Source: Basidiobolus meristosporus CBS 931.73
Lineage: Eukaryota > Fungi > Basidiobolomycota
Length of the DNA stretch: 36,558 nucleotides
Reading direction: 5' to 3'
NCBI GenBank assembly: GCA_002104905.1
Contig: MCFE01000782.1
Span: forward strand, 1 to 36,558
The notes under the pieces were generated by a model. The model was not told the DNA's origin. It made no database searches and saw only the letters and a list, made by a program, of their open reading frames with translations. Numbering within the stretch: position 1 is the first letter of the stretch; every line of letters begins with the position of its first letter. Below are positions 34,773 through 36,558 of the stretch, piece after piece. A program made the position numbers and the translations under genes.

Positions 34773-36558
34773 TGTTGTAAAAATATGTAATTCCACCTAA
34801 ATATTCACCTAACTTAGTCACTTTGATCATTACCCTCAAATCCTGGAGAATACTGACCAAATTCCTTGTCGGGATTTACTTAGAATATCTTCACCAAAAT
34901 ACCAGGTTCCCAAAACATGAGAATTCTCAAAGTTGTCCAAACAGCCCCAAACTTTGCACACATGATCTTGGGACCTTCCTTAACCTATTCTATGTGTTTG
35001 TAATGCCAAGACCAGGTAAAAGTATAAATACTACTTTTACATTCAATAAATCATTAAGTGAAAACCACATAATCTACTTGTTCTCCCAATCACTTCCAAT
35101 ATCTCCAAGACTCTTACAACAGGTTATGAGCCCTGAGCTGTCACTCTCTGCAATGTCTACTACCACTATTACTGGAATTTTTCCCTATGTTGAAAAGTTG
35201 GATGGATCTAACTACCAAGTGTGGAAGGTGAAGATGAAGATGCTGCTACAAGAAAGAGGCCTTTGGGATATTGTCATGGGAGAAGAATGCCCTCCTAAAA
35301 ACATGGGAGAGGAAGCCTTAAAGTACCAGAAGAAAGAACAAAGTGCCTTTAACTGCATCTGCCTTAATGCCAAGGACAAATTGCTAACTCAATGCTCAAG
35401 AGCAAAAACAGCAAAGAATGCCTGGAAAGCATTGGAAGACACCTACCAGTCATGTTCAGCTGCCAAGAAAATGTATCTGAGACAAAAATGCTTTACTACA
35501 AAGCTGCTGCCAGGAGAAGAAATGAAAAATCTAATTAACAGAATTACCCTGCTGGTAGATGAGATGGAATTGGTGGGCGCACCAACTACTGATGAGGATG
35601 TGATAGTTACCATCCTGAATAGCCTGACAGACAAGTTTCAAGGCCTTGTATCAGCCCTAGAGTCCAGAACTGAAGATCTGACCTTAGATTACGTATATGG
35701 AAGGCTCCTGGATGAAGAATTTTGAAAATCAAGCGCCAATAAGAAGGAAGAAGAAAATGCTTTAATCAGCAATGATAACCAACAAAGGAGGTACCCATGA
35801 CCCTACAAAGACAACAGCAACCTATTTTGCAACTACTGCAAAAGGAAAGGACACACATCAGACTGGTGTCTCAAAAAGAAAGATAATCAGCAAAAGAAGC
35901 CTGAATATGGAAATGCTGCAGCAACTGAAGATAGACTATTCATATCTGCACTTAATATGACCACAAACCAGGATTCTCAGATATGATACATTGACTCTGG
36001 AGCATCTAAAAACTTTACACGCCAAAAAGAACTTTTTACCCAATATCAAGAAATTCCAATTAAGAAGGTTTTCATGGGTGACAATAGAACACTTGATGCA
36101 GTGGGAGAAGGAGCTATCCAAGTAAACCTAAGAAGCAGTGAAGGAAGCCATACACTGACCTTTAAAGAATTACTCTGTGTACCAGAAATAGCCAAGAACT
36201 TACTCTCTGTAAGCAAGGCCACAGCAGAAGGACTCAGTTTCAGTTTTGACAATTCTGGATGCAGGATCACTGATCAAAATGGTGCCCATATTGCTTTGGG
36301 CATCAGAGATCAGAATCTATACAAGTTGACTTATATTCCATCATATTTGGAAGCCAATATATGTAAATTAAATGAAGAAATACCAATGCTTTGGCACAGG
36401 AGATTTTGGGCACATCAATTTTGATCATTTGCGCATAATGATCAAAGATCAGCTAATTTCTGGAGTGAAAATTGATCCCCCAGCTAATTTGAAGCACTGT
36501 GAAGCCTGCATATATAGGAAACAAGCCAGACAACCGTTCAAGAGCTCTGGGTTAATCA
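34773..36558 (+). mobile_element. Copia copy C: 5' LTR (34773-35121), PBS GGTTATGAGCCCTG (35122-35135), disrupted gag-PR; runs off the window
   Basis: 349-bp LTR; gag very similar to copy A; stops at 35723 and 35984 among others; +1 frameshift near 36405. Confidence 0.93.

Noticed and set aside
34823-35121. Long open frame through the LTR, in frame with gag (also 32200-32460 and 23470-23778)
   Set aside because: Starts are non-ATG, most of it lies upstream of the LTR TATA box, copies differ mainly by non-synonymous changes, and indels break it in the LTRs at 26421 and 27759.

Overview
Eukaryotic genomic DNA, most likely from an early-diverging fungus (plausibly Zoopagomycota/Entomophthorales; inferred from protein look, 56-80 nt GT-AG introns and repeat load, not verified). 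It has two compartments. (1) A CpG-rich gene island (~1-23 kb) with seven recognisable genes: CK2 beta (5 exons, missed by the ORF track), an intronless divergent alpha-tubulin, a membrane RING-H2 E3 ligase, a secreted M14A carboxypeptidase with B-type Asp255, ARF1, a cAMP-receptor/Git3-like GPCR and a KCS1-like IP6 kinase. (2) A CpG-eroded retrotransposon block (~23.3 kb to the end) with five copies (A-E, six ~349-bp LTRs) of one Ty1/copia family that has a half-tRNAiMet (copia/Ty5-type) PBS. The copies are repeatedly nested into each other. A different ~1.3-kb solo LTR carrying a triplicated 119-bp TATA-hairpin-AATAAA module is also nested there. No rRNA, tRNA or CRISPR is supportable. The most notable signals are the self-nesting retroelement architecture and the methylation-type CpG decay; no novel gene system is demonstrated.
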